Assembly: GCA_964521295.1 (NCBI GenBank)
Contig: CAZFRF010000001.1
Coordinates: 463,865 to 527,864 of the forward strand
Length of the DNA stretch: 64,000 nucleotides
Reading direction: 5' to 3'
From: an uncultured Gammaproteobacteria bacterium
Lineage (GTDB): Bacteria > Patescibacteriota > Microgenomatia > Levybacterales > UBA12049
Shown piece by piece: positions 9,205-17,333 of the stretch. The number at the start of each line of letters is the position of its first letter. Position 1 is the first letter of the stretch. A model generated the notes under the pieces. The model was not told the DNA's origin. It saw nothing but the letters and a program-made list of their open reading frames with translations, and ran no database searches. The translations under genes were made by a program, and so were the position numbers.

Positions 9205-9882
9205 ATGAATAAAACAATATTAGTAATCGAAGATCAAAAAGATTTACAGAATTATCTAAAAGAGTTCTTACTTGATAATGATTTTCTTGTCTTAACTGCA
9301 AACGATGGCATCACAGGATTAAATCTTCTAAAAAGAACGCTTCCAGACTTAGTTCTTCTAGATCTGGGACTTCCTAATATGGATGGGGAAAGCGTTTGCC
9401 GTGAAATCAAAAAGAATTGGCCGGGACTTAAGATTATTATTCTCACAGCTAAAAATGATACCCTCGACATAGTTCATGGTCTTAATCTAGGTGCTGATGA
9501 TTATATTACTAAACCTTTTCAGCTAGAAGAATTAATTGCAAGAATAAAAGCAAGACTTAGGCATGATACTAAAAACACTCCCACTAAAAGCCTAGAGGAT
9601 CTTGAGCTAAATGAAGAAACCCACGAGGTAAAAAGAAATGGAATAAACATAGACCTTACAGCAACTGAATTTAAACTTCTCGATTATTTAATGTCAAATC
9701 CAGGCAAAGTTTTAACCAGAGAAATGATTTTAAGTAAAATTTGGTCCATGGCACCAGATATTGAATCTAGATCGGTTGATGTATATATTGGCTATTTAAG
9801 AAGAAAAATAGACAGTAATTCTCCAAAAAAACTAATTCAATCAGTAAGAGGATTTGGCTACACAATTAAATCATCTAACTAA
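9205..9882 (+). CDS. Two-component response regulator, OmpR/PhoB family
   Basis: Receiver domain (DQKDL...LLDLGLPNMDG...K). C-terminal winged-helix trans_reg_C (LTATEFKLLDYLMSNPGKVLTREMI...VDVYIGYLRRKI). Confidence 0.85.
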   Translation: MNKTILVIEDQKDLQNYLKEFLLDNDFLVLTANDGITGLNLLKRTLPDLVLLDLGLPNMDGESVCREIKKNWPGLKIIILTAKNDTLDIVHGLNLGADDYITKPFQLEELIARIKARLRHDTKNTPTKSLEDLELNEETHEVKRNGINIDLTATEFKLLDYLMSNPGKVLTREMILSKIWSMAPDIESRSVDVYIGYLRRKIDSNSPKKLIQSVRGFGYTIKSSN

Positions 9883-10144
9883 TCGTCAATAGTTTCGATG
9901 TCTTTGCTTTAGATTTTTCCGTAAAATATGTTGTTGCATTTGGATTATTACTAAGTTTATGAGTGTAATCAAACTTAGAAGAATATTTTCTCTTCTTTAA
10001 TTTTACTGTATGTTTTACCTCTAGGGGCGATGACCAAATAATGTAAAAAGAGTTTACTAATGGAATGTTATTTATTATGTTTTTCATATTTTTATAATAG
10101 TGAAAAAATATTGTAAGTTGAGGAAAGTGGAGTAAGAAAAAAGT

Positions 10145-10191
10145 AAAAAAAAAGAGGCTTGTTCAAAGCGCTAAACAAACCTCATTTTTTT
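10145..10191. terminator. Bidirectional rho-independent terminator
   Basis: A8-GAGGCTTGTT-loop-AACAAACCTC-T7 hairpin flanked by A- and T-runs, between the convergent response-regulator gene and the 10198-10470 gene. Confidence 0.45.
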
Positions 10192-10197
10192 AGGGAT

Positions 10198-10470
10198 TTA
10201 TTTTTTATTACTTTTACTTGATTTATTTTTTATTACTTTTTTTAATTTATCTTTTCCCTCTTCCAAATTCACATCGTCTTTGTGGGAGTTTATATATTCA
10301 ACAGCCTGATCCTTAGCTGCTGTTACAACTTCCTTAACCTTTTTCTTGGCATTTTCATTTTTAAGAGCTTGAGCTGCTGCAATTGCTACACCTGCTCCAA
10401 CTACTGCTCCAGTTACGGCACTCGCTATTGGATTTATTGAATTGTCCTTCTTCTTATCATTACTAAACAT
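10198..10470 (-). CDS. Small Lys-rich protein with one hydrophobic segment (stress-protein-like)
   Basis: 90 aa. AVTGAVVGAGVAIAAAQAL helix flanked by K/E-rich tails. Confidence 0.4.
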   Translation of the reverse strand: MFSNDKKKDNSINPIASAVTGAVVGAGVAIAAAQALKNENAKKKVKEVVTAAKDQAVEYINSHKDDVNLEEGKDKLKKVIKNKSSKSNKK

Positions 10471-10482
10471 AATCTCACCTCC

Positions 10483-10695
10483 TTATTTTTTAGAATCTAT
10501 ATTAACGTTTATATCTTTAGGAACATTAATCTCTGGTGATGTGGAATAAGAGTTAAAAAAACTTGCTAACATTGGGAATAAATATACTACTAATATAACC
10601 ACTACCACCAATAACAAAATAATTCCTAAAATCATTCCCATTCCATTTCCTGATGAATCATTGTTTGCTGGAGGATTTACGATTGTCGTTGCCAT
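10483..10695 (-). CDS. Small membrane protein
   Basis: 70 aa, single strong TM (ILGIILLLVVVVILVVYLF). Confidence 0.35.
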   Translation of the reverse strand: MATTIVNPPANNDSSGNGMGMILGIILLLVVVVILVVYLFPMLASFFNSYSTSPEINVPKDINVNIDSKK

Positions 10696-10696
10696 T

Positions 10697-10939
10697 TTAT
10701 TTATGCACCATCCTTCCTATGGTAATTAAAATTACTGCTCCAATAATCGCTACTACGAAACTATAAATATTAAAACCCGTCACTCCTGATTCACCAAGAA
10801 GGTTCATAATAAAACCACCCACAAATGCACCAAGAATTCCTAAAATGATATCCTCAAGTAAACCATGATTACCCTTAGTTAATAAATCTGCAATCCAACC
10901 CACTATTGCTCCGAACACTATCCATACAATGATATTCAT
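10697..10939 (-). CDS. GlsB/YeaQ/YmgE-family transglycosylase-associated membrane protein
   Basis: 80 aa. Pattern IVWIVFGAIVGWIADLL...GILGAFVGGF is typical of this family. Confidence 0.7.
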   Translation of the reverse strand: MNIIVWIVFGAIVGWIADLLTKGNHGLLEDIILGILGAFVGGFIMNLLGESGVTGFNIYSFVVAIIGAVILITIGRMVHK

Positions 10940-11026
10940 AAGCTCATCTTAATAAAGGATGTAAAAAATCAAAGAAGACTAATGTAAGAAATAAGTAAGA
11001 AAGATCATTTATGGATTATTTTTTGT

Positions 11027-11032
11027 TATAAT
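11027..11032 (+). promoter_or_regulatory. Extended -10 element (TGTTATAAT) about 10 nt upstream of the kinase ATG; near-leaderless transcript likely
   Basis: TGtTATAAT at 11024-11032, ATG at 11043, no Shine-Dalgarno. Confidence 0.35.
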
Positions 11033-11042
11033 TTAGGCTCAA

Positions 11043-12227
11043 ATGGAAACAATTGATGTAAAAATTAAAAATGAAAATATAATGGATTTAGTTTATAAAT
11101 CCGCTATCAAATTTCTTACTCCGCTCAATCTGGAGGAAACATATAAAGTATTTATAAATGAAGCATTAAAGATTTCCAAAGCTCAACATGGATCAATTAT
11201 CCTGATAAAAAATGGACACTTTACTAGAGCTTATTCTACAAGTACTCTTTTAAATCAAATTAAACCTCGAACGAGAGGCTACACATATAATGCATATAAA
11301 ACGAAAACAATTAAAATCTTAACAAAAACTCAACTTGCTAAAATTCATCCCGAAATATTAGAGCAACAAATTGAATACGATATTATTATTCCCCTAGTTA
11401 ACGATAATAGATCAATTGGAGTTTTTACAATTCTTTCTAAACATAAGCTCTCTAAAGATCAAATAAGAGCTCTAAAGCTATTTAGTCCCTTGGGAACTCT
11501 AGCAATTAGAAAAGCTCAATTATATTTGGATGTTCAAAAAACTATCGAAGCAAGAGACCTCTTTGTATCAATTGCTTCCCATGAACTACGAACTCCTCTA
11601 ACCACTTCCTACATATATCTTCAGCTAATTGAAAGAAATTATGCAAAAAATAAACCTTTTGATATTAAGTGGGTAACGACTTTAAAAGATGAAACTGAGA
11701 GGCTTTCTTCAATAATTAACGAGTTATTAGAAATAAATCAGATTAACATGGGAAAATTCTCATATAATTTAGAGGTTTGCAATATTGATGACGTCATTAA
11801 TAGAGTAATTAGTAACTTTAAAATTAAATATAAAAATAGATTTACAGCTATTAATAAGATTCCTTCTGAAAACAAATTAATAATTTGTGACTCTAATAAG
11901 CTAATCTCCGTATTTATTAATTTATTAGATAATGCTATTAAACATTCTGATGAAACTTCAAAGGTAACAGTTTTACTTGAATCAGATCGAAAAAAATATA
12001 TTACCATTTCAATACAGGATAAGGGAGAAGGAATTCCTAGAGAAGATTTAAAAAAAATATTTGATGATTTTTATAAAGCCAAAAATAATACAAAACCAGG
12101 AATGGGTTTAGGTCTTTTTATTGCTAAAAGAATTATTGATAAACACAGGGGCAAAATCTTAGTAACATCCCAGCTTAACAAAGGTACCAATGTTAGTGTA
12201 CAATTACCATTCATTAAAGATGCTTGA
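11043..12227 (+). CDS. Cytoplasmic sensor histidine kinase (GAF-like N-terminus, HisKA, HATPase_c)
   Basis: H-box SIASHELRTPLT, N-box NLLDNAIKHS, G-boxes DKGEGIP and GMGLGLFIAKRII. No TM segments. Confidence 0.85.
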   Translation: METIDVKIKNENIMDLVYKSAIKFLTPLNLEETYKVFINEALKISKAQHGSIILIKNGHFTRAYSTSTLLNQIKPRTRGYTYNAYKTKTIKILTKTQLAKIHPEILEQQIEYDIIIPLVNDNRSIGVFTILSKHKLSKDQIRALKLFSPLGTLAIRKAQLYLDVQKTIEARDLFVSIASHELRTPLTTSYIYLQLIERNYAKNKPFDIKWVTTLKDETERLSSIINELLEINQINMGKFSYNLEVCNIDDVINRVISNFKIKYKNRFTAINKIPSENKLIICDSNKLISVFINLLDNAIKHSDETSKVTVLLESDRKKYITISIQDKGEGIPREDLKKIFDDFYKAKNNTKPGMGLGLFIAKRIIDKHRGKILVTSQLNKGTNVSVQLPFIKDA

Positions 12228-13248
12228 GCAACAACCAACATCCAGGATAAGGCAAATTGTACCACCAGTAGATCAAGGCGCAGCAATTCTAAATAATGCG
12301 CTCTTAATAGATGGTCAAAAAGCAGCACCGGCTATTTTGGAAAAAGTCGCAGATTTCCCAATCAGAAGAATAGTTGTGTTTGGTGAACCAGGCGCAAACA
12401 AAACAACCATTTTACTACAACTTGCGACTGCTATAACCCAGCAAGATCCAAGTATTAAACCTCAGTATTTATTTTATGATTCTGTGCTTGCTAGATACAG
12501 ACAGGAAACAGGTACCACAGAGATGAAACCAAAAGATCATCACGCTGTGTCAAATAGGCTAACGCATGAGATGGAATCAACTTTTAGACCAAAATCTAAA
12601 CTCGATGGCAAAAGACCCATTCAATTCCTAGAATTAGTAGGAATGAGCAGGCAAGACAGAGGAGTGTCTACTTTAAGAAAAGCAGCGGCAAGAACCACGA
12701 ACATATCTCCTATCGAAAGAGATACGTTAGCGATTGGAATAGTGGCAGATCCGCGATCACTTAGAGACGCTGGCGAAGTTAGACAACAAGTAAGAGATTT
12801 AGTAAATCCTCAAGACGTATACAGAGTTTTAAGAGATTATAGAATTTTTATCTCTCGCTTCAACCAAGGAGCTTCTTATGAGCAAATGGCTGAACGAATT
12901 GTTGAATTTTTCAGAAACATGGCTCCTCCTCACAAAATTGAAGAGGTACATAGAGAAGTTATGAGTCAAGCAAGACAAAGCTCAGAAGAAGATGAATATA
13001 GACTTTTTAAACAACTAAAGCTTCCCCAACTAGATTTTCCCATATCTGATGCTGCTATAAAAACAGATTATCTTCTCAGTCTTTCATATATGCAAACACA
13101 TATGGCAGATTTAGGTTTAGTTGCTGATCCTCTCTCACCTACTCCAGATTACTTAAGAGATTCTGGACTAACAATATTCAGTCCCTATAATCCAAATATC
13201 CCAAAGGTTTTAGACCTAGCTCAAGTATTAGAGGCAACAAAACATTAA
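12220..13248 (+). CDS. Hypothetical protein with degenerate P-loop (GEPGANKTT), translationally coupled to the histidine kinase
   Basis: ATGCTTGA start/stop overlap with the kinase. Arg/Gln/Asp-rich and higher GC (~40%) than its neighbours. RecA/KaiC-like Walker-A-like segment RRIVVFGEPGANKTTILLQLA. Confidence 0.5.
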   Translation: MLEQQPTSRIRQIVPPVDQGAAILNNALLIDGQKAAPAILEKVADFPIRRIVVFGEPGANKTTILLQLATAITQQDPSIKPQYLFYDSVLARYRQETGTTEMKPKDHHAVSNRLTHEMESTFRPKSKLDGKRPIQFLELVGMSRQDRGVSTLRKAAARTTNISPIERDTLAIGIVADPRSLRDAGEVRQQVRDLVNPQDVYRVLRDYRIFISRFNQGASYEQMAERIVEFFRNMAPPHKIEEVHREVMSQARQSSEEDEYRLFKQLKLPQLDFPISDAAIKTDYLLSLSYMQTHMADLGLVADPLSPTPDYLRDSGLTIFSPYNPNIPKVLDLAQVLEATKH

Positions 13249-13307
13249 TTACTCAATTCTTACGCATTTATTTAAACATTTATAAATTTTATCTTTATAT
13301 TAATAGT

Positions 13308-13478
13308 ATGCCAAAAGGTAAACACCTAAAAGGAGTAAGTACAAAAGAACAACGAAAATATGAACATATCAAAGAATCAGCTGAAAAGAGTGGAAGATAT
13401 GGAAAAAGAGCGGCTGAAGTTGCTGCTCGAACTGTAATGAAACAACACGGTGAAAAACATCATCTCAAAGGTAAATAA
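13308..13478 (+). CDS. Small basic protein (56 aa), possible ChaB-like; not in ORF track
   Basis: ATG at 13308, stop at 13476-13478. MPKGKHLKGVSTKEQRKYEHIKESAEKSGRYGKRAAEVAARTVMKQHGEKHHLKGK. Confidence 0.35.
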   Translation: MPKGKHLKGVSTKEQRKYEHIKESAEKSGRYGKRAAEVAARTVMKQHGEKHHLKGK

Positions 13479-13489
13479 CAGTATTAAAT

Positions 13490-13942
13490 CTAAATACTTC
13501 CAAATAATTTAACCCCAAAATAAAGCGAAAATATTATCGAAAAAATAAGGCAACATTGCCAAAAAAGCTGATAAATAAACCAAATTGAATCCCCTTGAAA
13601 AATTTTATGAAACTTAAGAGTATGAGGCGGATTACGATTTTTCCCTGCAAACTGCTCGTTAATCCAATAAATGATTTCACCAAAACTCCTTACTAACCAA
13701 AACAATGAAACTATAAGTAAAAATAGATTAAAATTATTTAATATTAAAGACATTAAAGATACTATTAGCCAAAATGGGCCCAAAATAAACATATCTCCCC
13801 ACACGAAACCTCCTAGGAAAAATAAAAATGGAGTTAATCCATAAACATTCTTTCGGTTTTTTATCTGCAATAACGAAGTAAGAAAAAATATTAATCCCAA
13901 AAATCCAATTGTTAAGATTATAATTTGCTGAAAATTATTCAT
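13490..13942 (-). CDS. Small integral membrane protein
   Basis: 4 TM helices. Start reassigned to ATG at 13942 (MNNFQQ) because the TTG-initiated track ORF runs into the tRNA. Confidence 0.45.
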   Translation of the reverse strand: MNNFQQIIILTIGFLGLIFFLTSLLQIKNRKNVYGLTPFLFFLGGFVWGDMFILGPFWLIVSLMSLILNNFNLFLLIVSLFWLVRSFGEIIYWINEQFAGKNRNPPHTLKFHKIFQGDSIWFIYQLFWQCCLIFSIIFSLYFGVKLFGSI

Positions 13943-13961
13943 AAAGTATGATTGAGGTGTG

Positions 13962-14032
13962 CTGCCGAGCAGGGATTCGGACCCCAATAAACGGATCCAG
14001 AATCCGTTGTCCTACCATTAGACGACTCGGCA
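13962..14032 (-). tRNA. tRNA-Gln (anticodon CUG)
   Basis: Manual cloverleaf on the minus strand: acceptor TGCCGAG/CTCGGCA with U1:A72 and G73; D-arm GTCT-AATGGTA-GGAC; anticodon stem ACGGA/TCCGT with loop TTCTGGA; T-arm TGGGG-TCCGAAT-CCCTG. No encoded CCA. Confidence 0.6.
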
Positions 14033-14066
14033 ATAAATTGATTTTACTAAAAAAGAAGCTAAAAAG

Positions 14067-14417
14067 CTATTTAAATAAATGAGGAGTAAAAATTACTATT
14101 CCACAAATTAATGCTCCCAAAGAAACAACCAATACCATCCCTGCACTTACATCCTTGGCAATTTTAGCCTCTAGCCTATGCTCGTTAACTAATAAATTTA
14201 CAACCTCCTCAAGCGCACTATTAATCATTTCGGCACTAAAAACCAGCATTATTAATATAACTACAAAAATAAGTTCTAAATGACTAAGGTTAAAAATGAT
14301 ACCAGCAACAATCGCAATTACCGCTAAGAATAGATGAATTTTTAAATTCAAATTTAATTTAAAGGCAGTTAATACTCCTGCGATAGCAAAGCCAAAAGAT
14401 TTTAATATCTTATTCAT
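14067..14417 (-). CDS. dgkA: Diacylglycerol/undecaprenol kinase (DgkA family)
   Basis: 116 aa, 3 TM. SAEMINSALEEVVNL...HRLEAKIAKDVSAGMVLV matches the DgkA signature region. Confidence 0.7.
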   Translation of the reverse strand: MNKILKSFGFAIAGVLTAFKLNLNLKIHLFLAVIAIVAGIIFNLSHLELIFVVILIMLVFSAEMINSALEEVVNLLVNEHRLEAKIAKDVSAGMVLVVSLGALICGIVIFTPHLFK

Positions 14418-15007
14418 ACTACTATTATATATTCAAAAACTAAGTAAACTGCAACAGTTAATATAAAACCAACTATTCCCCCAATAACTATTTCTTTTAA
14501 CGTATGATTCCTAGTTTTTATTCTTGACCATGCAACTAAAGGCACCGACAAATATAATGGTATAAAAATTAATCCATAAACCTCAACAACTGTCGTTACA
14601 AAAGCTACCAAGGTTCCAACATGCAAACTAAGTTTAATTTTTGAATTAATAATTTCCCCTATTGCTAAGAATAAGCAAAGCGCAATTGCTGCAATGTATA
14701 AAACAAGAGGTGCCTGTAAAACAAACAATGTTATTAAATAAATTAATGCCATTGAAATTGCTAATGAATACAAAAGAGGCCTTTGAGTTCTTTTTGAAAT
14801 ATCTAAGTTGGAAAAATATCTAAATCTTACACCAAGTAAAACAAACAAGGAAAAAATTAAAATAAAAATAAAAGATATTTCAGTCCAATAAATTGCTAAA
14901 TGTAAATTACTAGTAGTTTTATGAATTAACAAAAAAGGAACAAGTGAAATTAAAGCAATAGGATTAATAACCGTGGAAATTAATTTAGCTATTAGGGCAG
15001 ATTTCAT
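14414..15007 (-). CDS. PAP2-family membrane phosphatase (undecaprenyl-diphosphatase-like)
   Basis: KRTQRP (KxxxxxxRP), SLHVG (PSGH-like), SRIKTRNHTLKE (SRxxxxxHxxxD-like). 4-nt overlap with dgkA. Confidence 0.55.
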   Translation of the reverse strand: MKSALIAKLISTVINPIALISLVPFLLIHKTTSNLHLAIYWTEISFIFILIFSLFVLLGVRFRYFSNLDISKRTQRPLLYSLAISMALIYLITLFVLQAPLVLYIAAIALCLFLAIGEIINSKIKLSLHVGTLVAFVTTVVEVYGLIFIPLYLSVPLVAWSRIKTRNHTLKEIVIGGIVGFILTVAVYLVFEYIIVV

Positions 15008-16240
15008 TTATTTTAAATTACTTAGTAGAAAATCTTTTCCAAAAATCTGATTTAGCTCTAATATTCCAATGCCTTGCTCTTTACCTGTTAGTAAGAAGAA
15101 AATAGTTTTAAAAGGAACTTTTTCAGTTTTACTAAACTCTTTCATTGCAGAAAGAAGTTCTTCATCTTCCCAATTATCAGTTAAATTATATATTAAAAAT
15201 TCTGATAGTTTTCTTGCAATCTCTTTTTCATCTGCTGTTCTCTCTCGAGTTTTTGCAAAAGTAACTAAATTTTTAAAATCTTTCAAAGTTTTCATTCTGG
15301 TTGTAGCAGCTGAAATAAGTAAATCAGATTTTGGAGAATTCATAATATTTAAAACTTCATTATCGTCCTTATAGAAATCAATAAGCCTTGTTTTTAATTC
15401 AATAAGGCCAATTTCTCTAATCCAAACCCCATTTAACCATTCAAGCTTAGTCTGATCAAAAATGGGGTTTGCTGTATTAACATCTTCAAGTGCAAATAAA
15501 TTTTCCATTTCAGATAAACTCATCTGCTCTTTATCTCCACCAGGATTCCAGCCCAATAAAGCCATGTAATTTAAAAGAGATTCTTTAAGATAACCCTCTG
15601 CGCGATAATCCAAAGCAGATTTTGCACCATGCCTTTTAGAAAGTTTTGTTTTGTCTGGTCCCAAAATAACAGGTAAATGTGCAAATCTTGCTGGCTCCCA
15701 ACCTAAGCTCTCATATAAATATAGATGCTTAGGAGTTGAAGAAATCCACTCTTCTCCTCTTATAACATGGGTTATCTCCATTAAATGATCATCTATAACA
15801 TTTGCTAAATGATAAGTTGGAAATCCATCAGATTTTAGAATTACAAAATCTTCTACGTCTTTACCTGCAAAAGAAATATGCTTTTTACCAATTAAATCTT
15901 CCCACTCAAAATTTTTTTCATCAGGAACTTTTACCCAAATCGCACCTTCCTTTTCATAAGCAATTTGCTTTTCGACTAACTCTTTTGCATATTTGTGATA
16001 TATATCTAATCGTTGAGATTGATAGGTTATTTCCCCATCAAACTTAAGTCCTAACCATTCTAATATTTCTAAAAGTGCTTCCCTTGCGCCTTCAACCAAT
16101 CTCTTCTGGTCAGTATCCTCAACACGTAAAACGAATTGACCATTGTTTTTTTTAGCAAACAGATAATCAAAAAGTGCTGTTCTTGTATTGCCGATATGAG
16201 GTATCCCAGTTGGACTTGGAGCAAACCTAACTTTAACCAT
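15008..16240 (-). CDS. gltX: Glutamate--tRNA ligase (short form, 410 aa)
   Basis: Class I HIGH-type motif PSPTGIPHIGN and KMSKS-type motif KLSKRHG. About 60 aa shorter than typical GluRS. Confidence 0.85.
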   Translation of the reverse strand: MVKVRFAPSPTGIPHIGNTRTALFDYLFAKKNNGQFVLRVEDTDQKRLVEGAREALLEILEWLGLKFDGEITYQSQRLDIYHKYAKELVEKQIAYEKEGAIWVKVPDEKNFEWEDLIGKKHISFAGKDVEDFVILKSDGFPTYHLANVIDDHLMEITHVIRGEEWISSTPKHLYLYESLGWEPARFAHLPVILGPDKTKLSKRHGAKSALDYRAEGYLKESLLNYMALLGWNPGGDKEQMSLSEMENLFALEDVNTANPIFDQTKLEWLNGVWIREIGLIELKTRLIDFYKDDNEVLNIMNSPKSDLLISAATTRMKTLKDFKNLVTFAKTRERTADEKEIARKLSEFLIYNLTDNWEDEELLSAMKEFSKTEKVPFKTIFFLLTGKEQGIGILELNQIFGKDFLLSNLK

Positions 16241-16280
16241 ATGCTTGCATTGTACATGAATCTTTTTTTATACTCAATAT

Positions 16281-17333
16281 ATGTTCACTTTAACTAATGC
16301 TAGTAAAGATACAAAATTAATTATTAAATGGTTAATAGTCTTAATAGTGTTAGTATTGATAGGTTATGGAATTTTTAGAACTGCCATAATTATCAAAGAT
16401 ACGCTTTATCCCCCACCACCAGTTGTTGCTGAAAAAGCTTTTGGAAAATTACCTGCTCCAGATTTTATATTAAACGGAGAAAATAATGATTTAACTTACT
16501 CTATTAATACAATATCAGGTTTTATACCTACTCTGCCTAATCTTGCAAATGTTTATATATTCACTGAAAATAAACCGGATTTATTAGGACTGCAAAACAC
16601 AGAAAACACGATCCAATCTGCAGGTTTTATCAGCGATAAAAAACAAATAGACGGAAATATTTATGAATGGAATACGCTTGATAAATATAGCTTAGTAAAA
16701 ACAATTAAGATGAATATTCTTAGCCATACTTTCCAAGTCACAAGTGATTTTTATAATGACCCTGATGTAATCGCAGCCGAGAATTTACCAGATCAAAAAA
16801 AAGCGATTACAACCGCTACCAACTTTTTGAATTCCTTAGGCGGATGGACTGACACATTAAACGTAGACGGCGCTAAAACACAACTTCTTAGAATAGATAA
16901 TCAACAATTAATAGAAGCAACAAGTATCTCTAATACTCAGATTATTAAAGTAAATCTCTTTCCCACCGATATAGATGGCTTAACTGTATTTCCTCCAAAC
17001 CCAAATGAGGCCAATGTAAATTTATTAATTGCGGGTGGACAAGATATGCCTCAAGTAATTTATGCAAACTATATAACTAGAAAATTGGGAGATTCAACAA
17101 CTTATTCAATTAAAGATACTGCAAAAGCAATTGAAGAATTAAAAAATGGTAAAGCCTATATCGCTTCCTATAATGGAGTTGATAAAAATATTTCAATAAC
17201 AGATATCCTGCTAGGTTATTATGATTCGGGTAAAGAAGAACAAAAATATTTAACTCCCATAATTGTATTTAAAGGGTCAAACAATTTCTATGCATACATA
17301 AGCGCAATTAAGGATGAAGAGATAGGTAAGTAA
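16281..17333 (+). CDS. Membrane-anchored extracytoplasmic hypothetical protein
   Basis: N-terminal TM followed by a PPPP linker and a 300-aa soluble domain. No recognisable motifs. Confidence 0.45.
   Translation: MFTLTNASKDTKLIIKWLIVLIVLVLIGYGIFRTAIIIKDTLYPPPPVVAEKAFGKLPAPDFILNGENNDLTYSINTISGFIPTLPNLANVYIFTENKPDLLGLQNTENTIQSAGFISDKKQIDGNIYEWNTLDKYSLVKTIKMNILSHTFQVTSDFYNDPDVIAAENLPDQKKAITTATNFLNSLGGWTDTLNVDGAKTQLLRIDNQQLIEATSISNTQIIKVNLFPTDIDGLTVFPPNPNEANVNLLIAGGQDMPQVIYANYITRKLGDSTTYSIKDTAKAIEELKNGKAYIASYNGVDKNISITDILLGYYDSGKEEQKYLTPIIVFKGSNNFYAYISAIKDEEIGK

Noticed and set aside
9252-10087. ORFs 9252-9470(-) and 9875-10087(-)
   Set aside because: The first is antisense within the response-regulator gene. 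The second overlaps the regulator stop, has no motifs, and sits upstream of the terminator hairpin.
11738-12328. ORFs 11738-12007(-) and 12071-12328(-)
   Set aside because: Antisense to the histidine kinase and to the coupled downstream gene.
12220-13248. Strong claim of a horizontally transferred island
   Set aside because: The GC rise (~40% versus ~30-36%) is real but modest. Codon choices (AGA, TTA) still match the host, and the boundaries coincide exactly with one gene. Kept only as a hypothesis-level finding, not called a mobile element.
13943-13987. N-terminal 15 codons (TTG start) of track ORF 13490-13987
   Set aside because: They run into the predicted tRNA-Gln. The ATG at 13942 gives a sensible membrane-protein N-terminus.
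15069-16257. ORFs 15069-15374(+), 15802-16047(+), 16069-16257(-)
   Set aside because: All lie antisense to or overlapping gltX, whose class I synthetase motifs are unambiguous.
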